A stretch of DNA of 50,076 bases from Alphaproteobacteria bacterium (GTDB lineage Bacteria; Pseudomonadota; Alphaproteobacteria; CACIAM-22H2): positions 1 through 50,076 of the forward strand of contig VGEI01000001.1 of NCBI GenBank assembly GCA_016869415.1. Reading direction: 5' to 3'. Positions 18,699 through 29,262 of this stretch are shown piece after piece (the first letter of the stretch is position 1; the number at the start of each line of letters is the position of its first letter). The notes beneath the pieces were generated by a model. The model saw only the letters and a list, made by a program, of their open reading frames with translations, was not told the origin of the DNA and searched no databases. The position numbers and the translations under genes were made by a program.

Positions 18699-19451
18699 TC
18701 AGGCGAGATCGTCTCCGCCGAGATAGGCATCCTGCACGGCCTGGCTGGCGCGGATCTCCTGCGGTGTGCCGCTGGCCAGGACCGCGCCGTTGACCATGAC
18801 GGTAATGATATCGGCAAGCGCGAAGACCGCGTCCATGTCGTGCTCGATCAGGATCAGCGTGTGTCCCTCCTTGAGGCGGCGCAGCAGGTCCACCATGCGC
18901 GCGGTTTCGTCAGCGCTCATGCCGGCCATCGGCTCGTCGAGCAGCAGAAGCGAGGGCTCCGTCGCCAGCATGACGCCGATCTCGAGCTGACGCTGCTCGC
19001 CATGGCTGAGGACCGAGGCGCGCGTGTCGCGGCGCGGGGTCAGGCCGGTCAGGGCCAGTGCCCGCTCTGCCCGCTCGCGCACGCCGTCGTCGCGCTCGGC
19101 CGGGCGGAAGAAGCGCATCGACGATGCCATGCGGGCTTGGGCGCCCAGCCGGCAATTCTCATAGGCGCTGAACTCGGGGAAGATGTTGGTGCGTTGGAAG
19201 CTGCGGCCGATGCCGAGCTGCGCGATGCGATGCGGCGGCAGCCCGGCGATGTCCTGGTCGCCGAAGCGGATGCGGCCGGCGCTCGGCGGTAGCGCGCCGG
19301 ACAGCAGATTGAGCAGCGTCGTCTTGCCGGCCCCGTTGGGGCCGATGACGCAGTGGACGTCACCTTGGCGGACGGCAAGGCTGACATTGTCGACGGCTAC
19401 CAGGCCGCCGAAGCGCTTGCTCAGGGCTTCCGTCTCCAGCGCCTTAGGCAT
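18699..19451 (-). CDS. HAAT-family ABC ATP-binding protein (LivG-type); the only ATPase in this operon
   Basis: Walker A GPNGAGKTT, signature LSHGEQRQLEI, Walker B LLLLDEPM. Confidence 0.85.
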   Translation of the reverse strand: MPKALETEALSKRFGGLVAVDNVSLAVRQGDVHCVIGPNGAGKTTLLNLLSGALPPSAGRIRFGDQDIAGLPPHRIAQLGIGRSFQRTNIFPEFSAYENCRLGAQARMASSMRFFRPAERDDGVRERAERALALTGLTPRRDTRASVLSHGEQRQLEIGVMLATEPSLLLLDEPMAGMSADETARMVDLLRRLKEGHTLILIEHDMDAVFALADIITVMVNGAVLASGTPQEIRASQAVQDAYLGGDDLA

Positions 19452-20412
19452 CGGCGGCCTCGGCGGCTTTCGGTTTGCGGCGGAAGAGGCCGGTCAGGCC
19501 GTCGGGCAGCAGCAGCACAACGGCGATGACGAAGATGCCCATCGCCATCAGCCAGTGATCGGTCAGGCTCTGCAGCGCCTCTTCGAGCAGCACCAGTGCA
19601 AAGGCGCCGACCAGCGGACCGAGCCGCGAGCGCAAGCCGCCGAGAATAACCATCATCAGCACGAGCCCCGACTCGCGCCAGTGGAACAGGGCGGGATTCA
19701 CCACCCGGTACTGCGTTGCGTAGATGAAGCCGGCAAGGCCGGCCATGCCGCCGGCCAGGGCGAAGGCTACGAGCTTGTAGAGATAGGTGTTGAAGCCCAG
19801 CGCGCGCATGCGCGACTCGTTGACCCGGATACCCAGGACGGCGCGGCCGAAGGGTGCCTTCATCACCACGCCGATGGCTAGATAGCTCAGCGCCATCAGC
19901 ACCAGCGTGACGTAGAACAGGGTTGGCCGGTCGTTGAGCGAGATCAGATCATCGCCCATCCAGGTGACCACCGGCCGGAAGTTCATGAAGCGGCCGTCCG
20001 AGCCGCCAGCGAATTTCGAATCGTGGAAGAGGTAGAAGAGCATCTGGCCGAAGGCCAGGGTCAGCATGATGAAATAGACACCCGAGGTGCGCACGGCCAG
20101 CGCGCCGATGAGAAAAGCTGCTGCCGTCGTGCCGGCCAGGACGACCGGCAATATCCACCACACCGCGGCACCCTCGCCGGCCGGTGAGAGCAGGGCGAGG
20201 AGATAGGCGCCAAGGCCGAAGAAAGCGGCATGGCCGAGGCTGACCAGCCCGACGCCGCTCACCAGCAGGCCGAGGCTCATGGCGAAAATCGCCATGGTCA
20301 TGATCTTGGTGAGGAGCTGGATATGATAGCGATCGGCGAACTGGGGAATGAAAGCCAGCGCCACCAGCGCGGCGAGCAGCAGCCAGTTGACCAGGCGGGG
20401 TGCCGGCTCCAT
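19444..20412 (-). CDS. HAAT-family permease (LivM-type)
   Basis: Start taken at MEPAPRLVNWLLL, giving a TGATG overlap with the livH-type stop. Polytopic. Confidence 0.8.
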   Translation of the reverse strand: MEPAPRLVNWLLLAALVALAFIPQFADRYHIQLLTKIMTMAIFAMSLGLLVSGVGLVSLGHAAFFGLGAYLLALLSPAGEGAAVWWILPVVLAGTTAAAFLIGALAVRTSGVYFIMLTLAFGQMLFYLFHDSKFAGGSDGRFMNFRPVVTWMGDDLISLNDRPTLFYVTLVLMALSYLAIGVVMKAPFGRAVLGIRVNESRMRALGFNTYLYKLVAFALAGGMAGLAGFIYATQYRVVNPALFHWRESGLVLMMVILGGLRSRLGPLVGAFALVLLEEALQSLTDHWLMAMGIFVIAVVLLLPDGLTGLFRRKPKAAEAADA

Positions 20413-21278
20413 CAGGCGCGTCCGAACAGGCCTTGCGGCCGCCACAGCAGGATGACCGCCATCACCGCGTAGACGGCGACGCTGGCGAACTCGGGGACCA
20501 GAACCTTGCCGAAAGTGTCAGCGAGCCCGACCAGCAGGGCGGCGATGAAAGCGCCCTTGATCGAGCCGATGCCACCGATCACCACGATGACGAAGCAGAC
20601 GATCAGAATGTTCTCGCCGATGCCGGGATAGATGGAGGAGAGCGGGGCGGAGATGATGCCGGCCAGTGCTGCGAGGCCCGCACCGGCGGCGAAGACGAAG
20701 GTGCTGAGCCGGCTCATGTCGACGCCAAGGAGCTGCACCATCTCGCGGTTCGTCGAGCCGGCGCGGATATACATGCCCAGGCGGGTCTTCTGGATGACCA
20801 GCGCCATGATGGCGACGAGGACCAGGCAGATGACCGAGACGACGATGCGGTAGACCGGGTATTGCAGATTGTCGGTGAGCGGGATCGAGGCCGTGAACAG
20901 CGCCGGCGTGGGTACGCCATGCACATCGCTGCCGAAGAGCAGGCGTTGCGCCTCGTTGAAAATCAGGATCAGCCCGTAGGTCAGCAGCACCTGGGTCAGA
21001 TGGTCGCGCTCGTAAAGGAAGCGGATCATCAGCCGCTCGATCAGGAAGCCGAGCAGCACGGCCAGCGGCACGCCGGCGACCACGGCGATAGCGAAATTGC
21101 CGGTCTGGCTGACTAGCCAGAAGGCGAGATAGGCGCCGACCATGTAGAAGGAGCCGTGCGCCAGGTTGATGACCTGGAGGATGCCGAAGACCAGTGTCAG
21201 GCCGCTGGCAATCAGAAACAGCAAGAGCCCGTACTGGACGCCGTTGAGCACCTGGATAAGGAAGAACAGCCAATCCAT
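20412..21278 (-). CDS. HAAT-family permease (LivH-type)
   Basis: 288 aa. N-terminus MDWLFFLIQVLNGVQYGLLLFLIASGLTLVFG. Confidence 0.85.
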   Translation of the reverse strand: MDWLFFLIQVLNGVQYGLLLFLIASGLTLVFGILQVINLAHGSFYMVGAYLAFWLVSQTGNFAIAVVAGVPLAVLLGFLIERLMIRFLYERDHLTQVLLTYGLILIFNEAQRLLFGSDVHGVPTPALFTASIPLTDNLQYPVYRIVVSVICLVLVAIMALVIQKTRLGMYIRAGSTNREMVQLLGVDMSRLSTFVFAAGAGLAALAGIISAPLSSIYPGIGENILIVCFVIVVIGGIGSIKGAFIAALLVGLADTFGKVLVPEFASVAVYAVMAVILLWRPQGLFGRA

Positions 21279-21314
21279 GCGGGCGCAGAATGAAGAAGCC
21301 GGGGCCGAACGACA

Positions 21315-21354
21315 ACCCGCCTCTCACCGTCCCGGCGGACGATGAGAGGCGGGT
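21315..21354 (-). promoter_or_regulatory. Very stable hairpin between the SBP and permease genes (attenuator or processing-stabiliser candidate)
   Basis: ACCCGCCTCTCA (21315-21326) pairs with TGAGAGGCGGGT (21343-21354). An inner CGTCC/GGACG pairing leaves a CGGC loop, giving about 17 bp with one mismatch. The minus-strand tail TTGTCGTTCGG is only moderately T-rich. Confidence 0.5.
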
Positions 21355-21381
21355 CTTGGAAACGCAACGGTGTCGAAGGCG

Positions 21382-22593
21382 TCAGGCCATCCGGCAACCG
21401 GTCGACGGATCTTCGAGGCCCTTCACCGCGACGCTCTGGAACTTGTTCTCGCCGCTCACCACCTTGCGCAGGTAGAAATCCTGCACCGGGTTCTGCGACT
21501 TGGAGAGTGTCCAGGGCCCGCGCGGGCTGTCGATCTTTGCCGCCTTCATGGCGGCGTAGAACTCGCGCTTGGCGCCCGCATTGCCCTTCACCGCCTCGAG
21601 GCCCTGCACCAGCAGCTGGCCGGTGTCGTAACCCTGCACGGCATAGACGTCGACGTCGCGGTTCGTCGTCTTCTTGAAGTCGGCCTTGAAGCGCTGGTTC
21701 ACCGGGTTGGGCAGATCCTCGACGTAGTGCAGCGTAGTCTCGAGGCCTTCAGCCGCTGCGCCCTGCGCGCGCAACACGCCGTCGGTGAGGAAGCCCGGGC
21801 CGTAGAGCGGGACACGCCCTTTGAGCCCCGCCGCTTCCCAATCCTTGACGAACTTCACCGCACCGCCGCCGGCATAGAAAGTGTAGACGGCGTCCGGCCG
21901 CAGGCTGGCGATCTCGGTCAGGTGCGCCTGGAACTCGTCATTGGGGAACGGGATCCAGATCTCCTTGCTGACCTTTCCGCCACCGGCGGCGAGCCCGTCC
22001 TTGAAGCCCTGCACCGATTCCTCGCCGGCCGCGTATTTCCAGGTGATGGTGACCACGTTCTGGTGTTTGCGCTCGCCGGCGACCTTGCCCATGGCATAGG
22101 CCGGCTGCCAGTTGCTGAACGACGTGCGGAAGATGTTCGGCGCGCACAGGGCACCGGTGGCCGCACCCACGCCGGCATTGGGGATGATCAGCGTGGCGTT
22201 CTCCTCGCGCGCCACCTGCACCATCGCCGCGGCGACGCCCGAATGCACGGTGCCGACCAGGATGTCGACCTTCTCGCCCACGATCAGCTTGTTGGCGTTC
22301 TGCGCCGCCTTGGAGGGCTCGCTTTCGTCGTCGAGGCGCACCCACTGCACCTCGCGCCCGCCGAGCTTGCCACCCTTCTCGTTGATCGCCAGCAGCATGG
22401 CGTCGGTGATGTTGTTACCGAGCGCGGCGAAGGTGCCGCTGTAAGGCAGCATCAGGCCGATCTTGAGTCGGGCCGGCTGGGCGAGGACGAACGGCGCGTT
22501 GAGTGTGCCAACGGCCGCCGCTGCGGCAGCGCCGCCGAGCACGGCACGGCGCGACACCGGCCGCGCCATCTTGCTGTGGGTGGTCAGGGTCAT
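21382..22593 (-). CDS. HAAT-family periplasmic substrate-binding protein (likely benzoate/aromatic-acid type, by context)
   Basis: Start at MTLTTHSKMARPVSRRAVLGG, with a GGAGGA RBS 7 nt upstream. Tat-like or signal leader ending in AQP. LivK-like fold. Confidence 0.85.
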   Translation of the reverse strand: MTLTTHSKMARPVSRRAVLGGAAAAAAVGTLNAPFVLAQPARLKIGLMLPYSGTFAALGNNITDAMLLAINEKGGKLGGREVQWVRLDDESEPSKAAQNANKLIVGEKVDILVGTVHSGVAAAMVQVAREENATLIIPNAGVGAATGALCAPNIFRTSFSNWQPAYAMGKVAGERKHQNVVTITWKYAAGEESVQGFKDGLAAGGGKVSKEIWIPFPNDEFQAHLTEIASLRPDAVYTFYAGGGAVKFVKDWEAAGLKGRVPLYGPGFLTDGVLRAQGAAAEGLETTLHYVEDLPNPVNQRFKADFKKTTNRDVDVYAVQGYDTGQLLVQGLEAVKGNAGAKREFYAAMKAAKIDSPRGPWTLSKSQNPVQDFYLRKVVSGENKFQSVAVKGLEDPSTGCRMA

Positions 22594-22618
22594 TGCATTT
22601 CCTCCATGACGCATCGGT

Positions 22619-24247
22619 TCATTCCGCCGCGGCGCGCTGCGTCTCGCGCTGGCGAAGCTTGAAGCGCTGGATCTTGCCGGTCGCTGTCTTGGGCAATTCG
22701 CTGACGAACTCGATCCAGCGGGGATATTTGTAGTGGGCCAGCCGCTCCTTGACGTGCGCTTTCAGCGCCTCATCGAGACCGGCGGCTGCGTTCTGTCCGG
22801 GCTTGAGCACGACGAAGGCCTTGGGCTTGATCAGCCGGTTCTCGTCGGCGAGGCCGATCACCGCCGCCTCGAGCACGGCAGCATGCGTCACCAGGGCAGC
22901 CTCGACCTCGAAGGGCGAGACGTAGATGCCGCCGACCTTGAGCATGTCGTCGGTTCTCCCGCAATAGGTGAAGAACCCATCCTCGCTCTCGGTGTACTTG
23001 TCGCCGGTGCGTGTCCACTCGCCCTGGAAAGTGTGTCGGGAGCGCGCGCGGTTGTTCCAGTAGCCGGCGGCGCTGGACGGTCCGTTGACCAGCAGCTCGC
23101 CTACCTCGCCCGGTTTCACCGGCTTGCCCTCGTCGTCGACCAGCTTGAGCCCGTAACCCGGTACGGCTTTGCCCGTGGTGCCGTAGCGCAGGGTGCCCGG
23201 AGCGTTGCTCAGGAAGATGTGCAGCATCTCGGTCGAGCCGATGCCGTCGTAGATGTCGACCCCCATGCCCTGGGCCCAGCGTTTGCCCAGATCCTCGGGC
23301 AACGCCTCGCCGGCCGAGACGCAAGAGCGCAACCGGTGCTCTCCCTTGACCGGCAATTCACCCGAGGCGAGCAGCGCTGCGTAGAGCGTCGGCACGCCGT
23401 AGAAGATAGTCGGCCGGTGCTGCTTGAGCACACGGCAGACGGAGGTTGGAGTCGGCCGCTCGGCCATCAGGACGGCAGTGGCGCCGACCCGCATGGGGAA
23501 GGTCAGTGCATTGCCCAGCCCGTAGGCGAAGAACAATTTTGCTGCGGAAAAGACGATGTCGTTGTCGTTGATGCCCAACACCGGCCGCGCATAGAGCTCG
23601 GCAGTCGTCACCAGGCTCGAATGCACGTGCACCGTGCCTTTGGGCATGCCGGTCGAGCCCGACGAGTAGAGCCAGAAGGCCGGATCGTCGGCGGTGGTCG
23701 GCGCGGCATCGAGCGTGGCAGAGGCCTTAGCCGTCAGGGCATCGAGCGAAGCATGCCCGTCGATTGCCGGGCCGGCGACGATGATTTTTTCCAGCCAGGG
23801 CTGGTCGATGAGCGCCGGCTTGAGCTTCTCGTAGAGAGGGGCTGCGACCACCAGCACGCGCGCCCGGCTGTCGCGCAGCATGTAGGCGTAGTCCTCGGCA
23901 GTCAGCAGCGTGTTCACCGGGACCGGCACGGCGCCGATCTTGATGGCGCCGAGGAACACCGAGGGAAAATCGATGGTGTCGAGCAGCAGCAGCAGAACGC
24001 GTTGCTCCACTCCAAGCCCCAGGTCGCGCAGCGCGTTGCCGCAGCGGTTCACTTGTTCGGCCAGCTCGCCGTAACTGCAAGCGCCCTTGTCGTCGATGAA
24101 GGCCGTCTTGCTGGCGCGACCGGCCGCGAGGTTCGGCTCGATCAGGTCGTGGGCGGCGTTATAGGTGCGCGGGAAGCTCAGTCGCGGGGTCGACGACGAG
24201 CGGTCGACGGCCGCAAGACCGGCTGAAGGGAATTCTCCGCGAGACAA
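22619..24247 (-). CDS. bclA: Benzoate-CoA ligase family protein
   Basis: 542 aa. AMP motif YSSGSTGMPKGTVHVH. Divergent from the BoxR-type regulator and next to boxCB. Confidence 0.75.
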   Translation of the reverse strand: MSRGEFPSAGLAAVDRSSSTPRLSFPRTYNAAHDLIEPNLAAGRASKTAFIDDKGACSYGELAEQVNRCGNALRDLGLGVEQRVLLLLLDTIDFPSVFLGAIKIGAVPVPVNTLLTAEDYAYMLRDSRARVLVVAAPLYEKLKPALIDQPWLEKIIVAGPAIDGHASLDALTAKASATLDAAPTTADDPAFWLYSSGSTGMPKGTVHVHSSLVTTAELYARPVLGINDNDIVFSAAKLFFAYGLGNALTFPMRVGATAVLMAERPTPTSVCRVLKQHRPTIFYGVPTLYAALLASGELPVKGEHRLRSCVSAGEALPEDLGKRWAQGMGVDIYDGIGSTEMLHIFLSNAPGTLRYGTTGKAVPGYGLKLVDDEGKPVKPGEVGELLVNGPSSAAGYWNNRARSRHTFQGEWTRTGDKYTESEDGFFTYCGRTDDMLKVGGIYVSPFEVEAALVTHAAVLEAAVIGLADENRLIKPKAFVVLKPGQNAAAGLDEALKAHVKERLAHYKYPRWIEFVSELPKTATGKIQRFKLRQRETQRAAAE

Positions 24248-24361
24248 CGAGCCTTCCTCCCTGGAACCGCCTCTACATGGGCGTTTAGGGCATTCTGCCC
24301 CTCGCCGGATTTAGGTCAAGTCCGAAACGGCAATATTTTGCACCCTTGGTCCCGCGGCTCA

Positions 24362-24375
24362 TGCGTAATAATGCA
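24362..24375. promoter_or_regulatory. Degenerate TGCG-N6-TGCA site in the bclA/boxR divergent promoter region
   Basis: Sequence TGCGTAATAATGCA lies within CATGCGTAATAATGCATC. It is one mismatch from the TGCA-N6-TGCA palindrome seen upstream of boxC. Confidence 0.3.
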
Positions 24376-24436
24376 TCGCCCGGATGGCGGTCGCATGCTA
24401 AGAAAGGACCCGGCACTATATTGCCGGCAGGCGCCA

Positions 24437-25357
24437 ATGGCCGTGGAACGCAAGAAGAGCGCGCGTGAGGCGAAGGTCCGGGTCCCCGAGCTGAGCGACC
24501 GCGCCTATCTGGCCGGGTTGGGCGAGCGGGTGCGGCAGTTCCGCGCCCGCCGCGGCATGACCCGCAAGATTCTTGCCCGCGATTCCGGCGTCTCGGAACG
24601 CTATCTGGCTCAGCTCGAAGGCGGCCATGGCAACATCTCCATTCTGCTGTTGCGGCGGGTGGCCAGCGCAATGGGCCTGCCGCTGGGCGACCTGCTGCAC
24701 GAGGGCCCTGAGCGCCCGCTCGAATATTCTCTGGCCCGGCAGATTCTCGATGGCCTGCCGGCCACCGAGCTCGGCTCCGCCTATCGGGCCCTGGCTCACA
24801 CTACCGGCCGTGGCGGCGCCGGCGCGCGGGCTGGCCGTATCGCCCTCATTGGCCTGCGCGGGGCCGGAAAATCAACGCTTGGACGGCTTCTGGCAGCGCA
24901 GCTCAAGGTGCCGTTCGTCGAGCTCGCCGAGCTGATCGCCGAGGAATCCGGCACCAGCCTGAGCGAGATCTTCTCGCTTTACGGCCAGGCGGCCTATCGC
25001 CGTTACGAGCGCCGTGCGCTGGAACGCGCCATCGCCGGACACGAGCGCGCGGTGATCGCCACCGGCGGCAGCCTCGTCTCCGAGCCGGCGACCTACGAGC
25101 TGCTGCTGCGCTCCTGCCACACGGTGTGGATCGCCGCGACTCCGGCCGAGCATATGGGCCGGGTGATGGCCCAGGGCGACCTCCGCCCCATGCAGGCCAG
25201 CCGCGAAGCTATGGCCGACCTCAAGCGCATCCTGGAGAACCGGCGGGCCCTCTATGGCAAGGCCGAGGCCGTGGTGGAGACCACCGGCAAGGAAATCGAG
25301 GTCAGCGCCGCCGAGCTGGCGGCGGTTGCCGGACGCCTTATAGACGACGCCATCTGA
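24437..25357 (+). CDS. boxR: BoxR/BzdR-type regulator (XRE HTH fused to a shikimate-kinase-like domain)
   Basis: HTH GMTRKILARDSGVSERYLAQLEGGHGNISI. P-loop IGLRGAGKSTLG and a shikimate-kinase-like C-terminal half. Start taken at MAVERKK. Confidence 0.8.
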   Translation: MAVERKKSAREAKVRVPELSDRAYLAGLGERVRQFRARRGMTRKILARDSGVSERYLAQLEGGHGNISILLLRRVASAMGLPLGDLLHEGPERPLEYSLARQILDGLPATELGSAYRALAHTTGRGGAGARAGRIALIGLRGAGKSTLGRLLAAQLKVPFVELAELIAEESGTSLSEIFSLYGQAAYRRYERRALERAIAGHERAVIATGGSLVSEPATYELLLRSCHTVWIAATPAEHMGRVMAQGDLRPMQASREAMADLKRILENRRALYGKAEAVVETTGKEIEVSAAELAAVAGRLIDDAI

Positions 25358-25366
25358 GGTTCAAAA

Positions 25367-25392
25367 CCGACATGCATTATCTTGCATGTCGG
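25367..25392. promoter_or_regulatory. Perfect 10-bp-arm palindrome containing TGCA-N6-TGCA; candidate BoxR operator for boxCB
   Basis: CCGACATGCA-TTATCT-TGCATGTCGG. It sits 10 nt after the boxR stop and 41 nt before the boxC ATG. Confidence 0.6.
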
Positions 25393-25432
25393 TCCCAGCG
25401 GGCGTATATCGGAGCCAACCGGGAGAGAACGC

Positions 25433-27075
25433 ATGGTCAGCTTCGAGACCGAGCCGTCTCGCTACCGCCACTGGCGCCTGAGCTTTGACGGGCCGATCGC
25501 CACCCTGGCCATGGCCGTGGACGAGGATGGCGGTCTGCGCGAGGGCTACAAGCTCAAGCTCAACTCCTACGATCTTGGCGTTGACATCGAACTCCACGAC
25601 GCCGTGCAGCGCATCCGCTTCGAGCACCCCGAGGTGCGTACCGTCGTGCTCACCAGTGCGCGCGAGCGCCTGTTCTGCGCCGGCGCCAACATCTACATGC
25701 TCGGCACCTCCGGCCATGGCTGGAAGGTCAATTTCTGCAAATTCACCAACGAGACGCGCAATGGGCTCGAGGATTCGAGCACCGCGACGGGCTTGAAGTT
25801 CCTCTGCGCCGTGAACGGGGCCTGTGCCGGCGGCGGCTACGAGATCGCACTCGCTTGCGACGAGATTGTTATGGTCGACGACCGCTCGACCACCGTCAGC
25901 CTGCCCGAAGTGCCGCTGCTCGGCGTGCTGCCGGGCACCGGTGGCCTGACCCGCCTCACCGACAAGCGCAAGGTGCGCCGCGACCTCGCCGATGTCTTTT
26001 GCACCTCGCCCGAGGGTGTGCGTGCCGAGCGGGCGCGCGAGTGGAAACTGGTCGACCACATTGCCCGCCCGGCCGATTTCGACCGGGTGGTGCGCGAACG
26101 CGCCGCGGCCATGGCCGTGGGCAGCGACCGGCCGAAAGGTGCGAAAGGTGTAACGCTGACCCGGCTGCGGCGCGCGGAGGACGCCAGCGGCTATCGCTAC
26201 TCCTCGCTCGACGTGACACTCGACGCCGACGGCCGCACCGCGACGTTCACGATGAAGGCGCCCGATGCCGCACCGCCGGCGGACATCGACGGCATCGTGG
26301 CGCAGGGGGCGGAGTGGTGGCCGCTGCGCTTTGCGAGGGAGCTCGACGACGCCATCCTCAGTCTCCGGGTCAACCAGCCGGAGATCGGACTCTGGATCCT
26401 GCGCTCATGCGGCACCGCCGAGGCGCTGCTGACAGCGGGCAGCGCCATGCTGCGTCACAAGGATCACTGGCTTGTGCGCGAGACTATCGGCCTGTGGCGT
26501 CGCACCCTGCAGCGGCTCGACGTCTCTTCGCGCAGCCTGTTCGCCGTGATCGACGCGGGCTCTTGCTTCGCCGGCCTTTTCTTCGAGGTGGCGCTGGCCG
26601 TCGATCGCATCTACATGCTTGACGCCGCCGACGGCGACGCAAGTCCCACGATCGTGCTCGACGAGTTCAGCTTCAATAACCTGCTGAACACGCCGGCCAG
26701 GCGCACGCGCCTGTCGCTGCGTTTCCAGGACGACGAGCCGGCGATTGCCGCCTGTCGCGGCCGGCTCGGCCAGGCGTTGGCCGCTCCCGAGGCGCTAAAG
26801 CTCGGCCTGGTGACCTTCACGCCGGACGAACTCGACTGGGAGGACGAGATCCGCCTCGCCATCGAGGAGCGCGCCTCGCTCTCGCCCGACGCGCTGACCG
26901 GGCTCGAAGCCAATCTGCGCTTCGGCGGGGCGGAGACGATGCTCACACGGATCTTCGGCCGCCTCTCGGCCTGGCAGAACTGGATCTTCAACCGCCCCAA
27001 CGCCGTGGGCGAGAAGGGCGCGCTCAAGCTCTTCGGCTCCGGCAGCAAGGCACGCTTCGATTGGGAGCGGGTGTG

Positions 27076-27076
<1 letters not shown>
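25433..27076 (+). CDS. boxC: 2,3-epoxybenzoyl-CoA dihydrolase / benzoyl-CoA-dihydrodiol lyase BoxC
   Basis: About 547 aa. Crotonase-like N-terminal half (LFCAGANIYMLG). GGGAGAG RBS. Stop overlaps the boxB start (TGATG). Confidence 0.85.
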
Positions 27077-28485
<1,409 letters not shown>

Positions 28486-28518
28486 TCGCGTCGGCCGCGG
28501 CGCTACAGTCCCGGCATT

Positions 28519-29262
28519 CTGAGCCTCCGACTCACCCGCCGCTGTTTTCTCGTCATCGTTGCCGCCGCGCTGCTGGCGGCGGCTCCGCTGCGTGCGGCCG
28601 AGCCCTGGTTCATCGCCTTCGAGACCGGCGGCGACGGAGATCCTTCGATTCCCTTCGCGACGAAGTCCGAAACCGCAGCGGTGCTGATCTCGGAGCTCGG
28701 GCCAGCTGGGTTGGCCGCAATCGGGCTCGATCCCGGCCTGTTCGATGCCGAGATCGTCCCGGGCGGCCACATGGCAAAGATCAATCCGGCCGTTCTGCTG
28801 ACCCTGGAGGTCGGCGACGAGCAAGCCCGTCGCGCTGCCGCGGCCTTCGGCTACGTCTTCGACCAGTCGGCCGTGCTGATTTGGCGCGACGCAACCGAGG
28901 GCAGCTTGGTCGTCGCGGTCACGCTCCCGTCGGTGACGCCGACCCTGGCCGACCACTTCTTCCGTCTGGCGGCGGCGATCGAGCCGGCTCTGGCCGGCGG
29001 TTTCACGGCACGCGGCAGCCAGCTGCTGTTCATCAACCTGCGCGGCAGCGACGGGAAACCGTTCAGCGGCCTAGCAGACGACCGCTTTACGGCCGGGCTG
29101 CAGCGCGCCGCCAGTCAGTTCGGCGGCATTGCCACGGTCTCCACGTCCCGAGTGAGGGCGGTCCTGATCGAGCGGGCGGACTATCCGGAGCTGCTGGCAG
29201 CCAGTCTGGCAACGGTAGAAAGGCTGAAGGCGCGTCGCGCGGAGCTTGGCGGCCGGCGTTAG
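28519..29262 (+). CDS. Hypothetical secreted protein; start uncertain (no ATG/GTG/TTG precedes the signal-peptide-like segment)
   Basis: The frame is open from upstream of 28519. It encodes LSLRLTRRCFLVIVAAALLAAAPLRAAEP before the track's GTG at 28681. The only candidate starts are CTG 28519 or ATT 28516. I recognise no family. Confidence 0.45.
   Translation: MSLRLTRRCFLVIVAAALLAAAPLRAAEPWFIAFETGGDGDPSIPFATKSETAAVLISELGPAGLAAIGLDPGLFDAEIVPGGHMAKINPAVLLTLEVGDEQARRAAAAFGYVFDQSAVLIWRDATEGSLVVAVTLPSVTPTLADHFFRLAAAIEPALAGGFTARGSQLLFINLRGSDGKPFSGLADDRFTAGLQRAASQFGGIATVSTSRVRAVLIERADYPELLAASLATVERLKARRAELGGRR

Noticed and set aside
18698-18817. 40-aa N-terminal extension of the alpha/beta hydrolase ORF
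   Set aside because: It would overlap the upstream ATPase gene by 119 nt. The internal ATG at 18697 sits 1 nt after the ATPase stop and begins a typical hydrolase N-terminus.
21370-22662. 430-aa ORF on the plus strand
   Set aside because: Antisense to the second HAAT SBP gene. Shadow ORF.
22733-24226. 497-aa ORF on the plus strand
   Set aside because: Antisense to the benzoate-CoA-ligase-like gene, which carries the AMP-binding signature. Shadow ORF.
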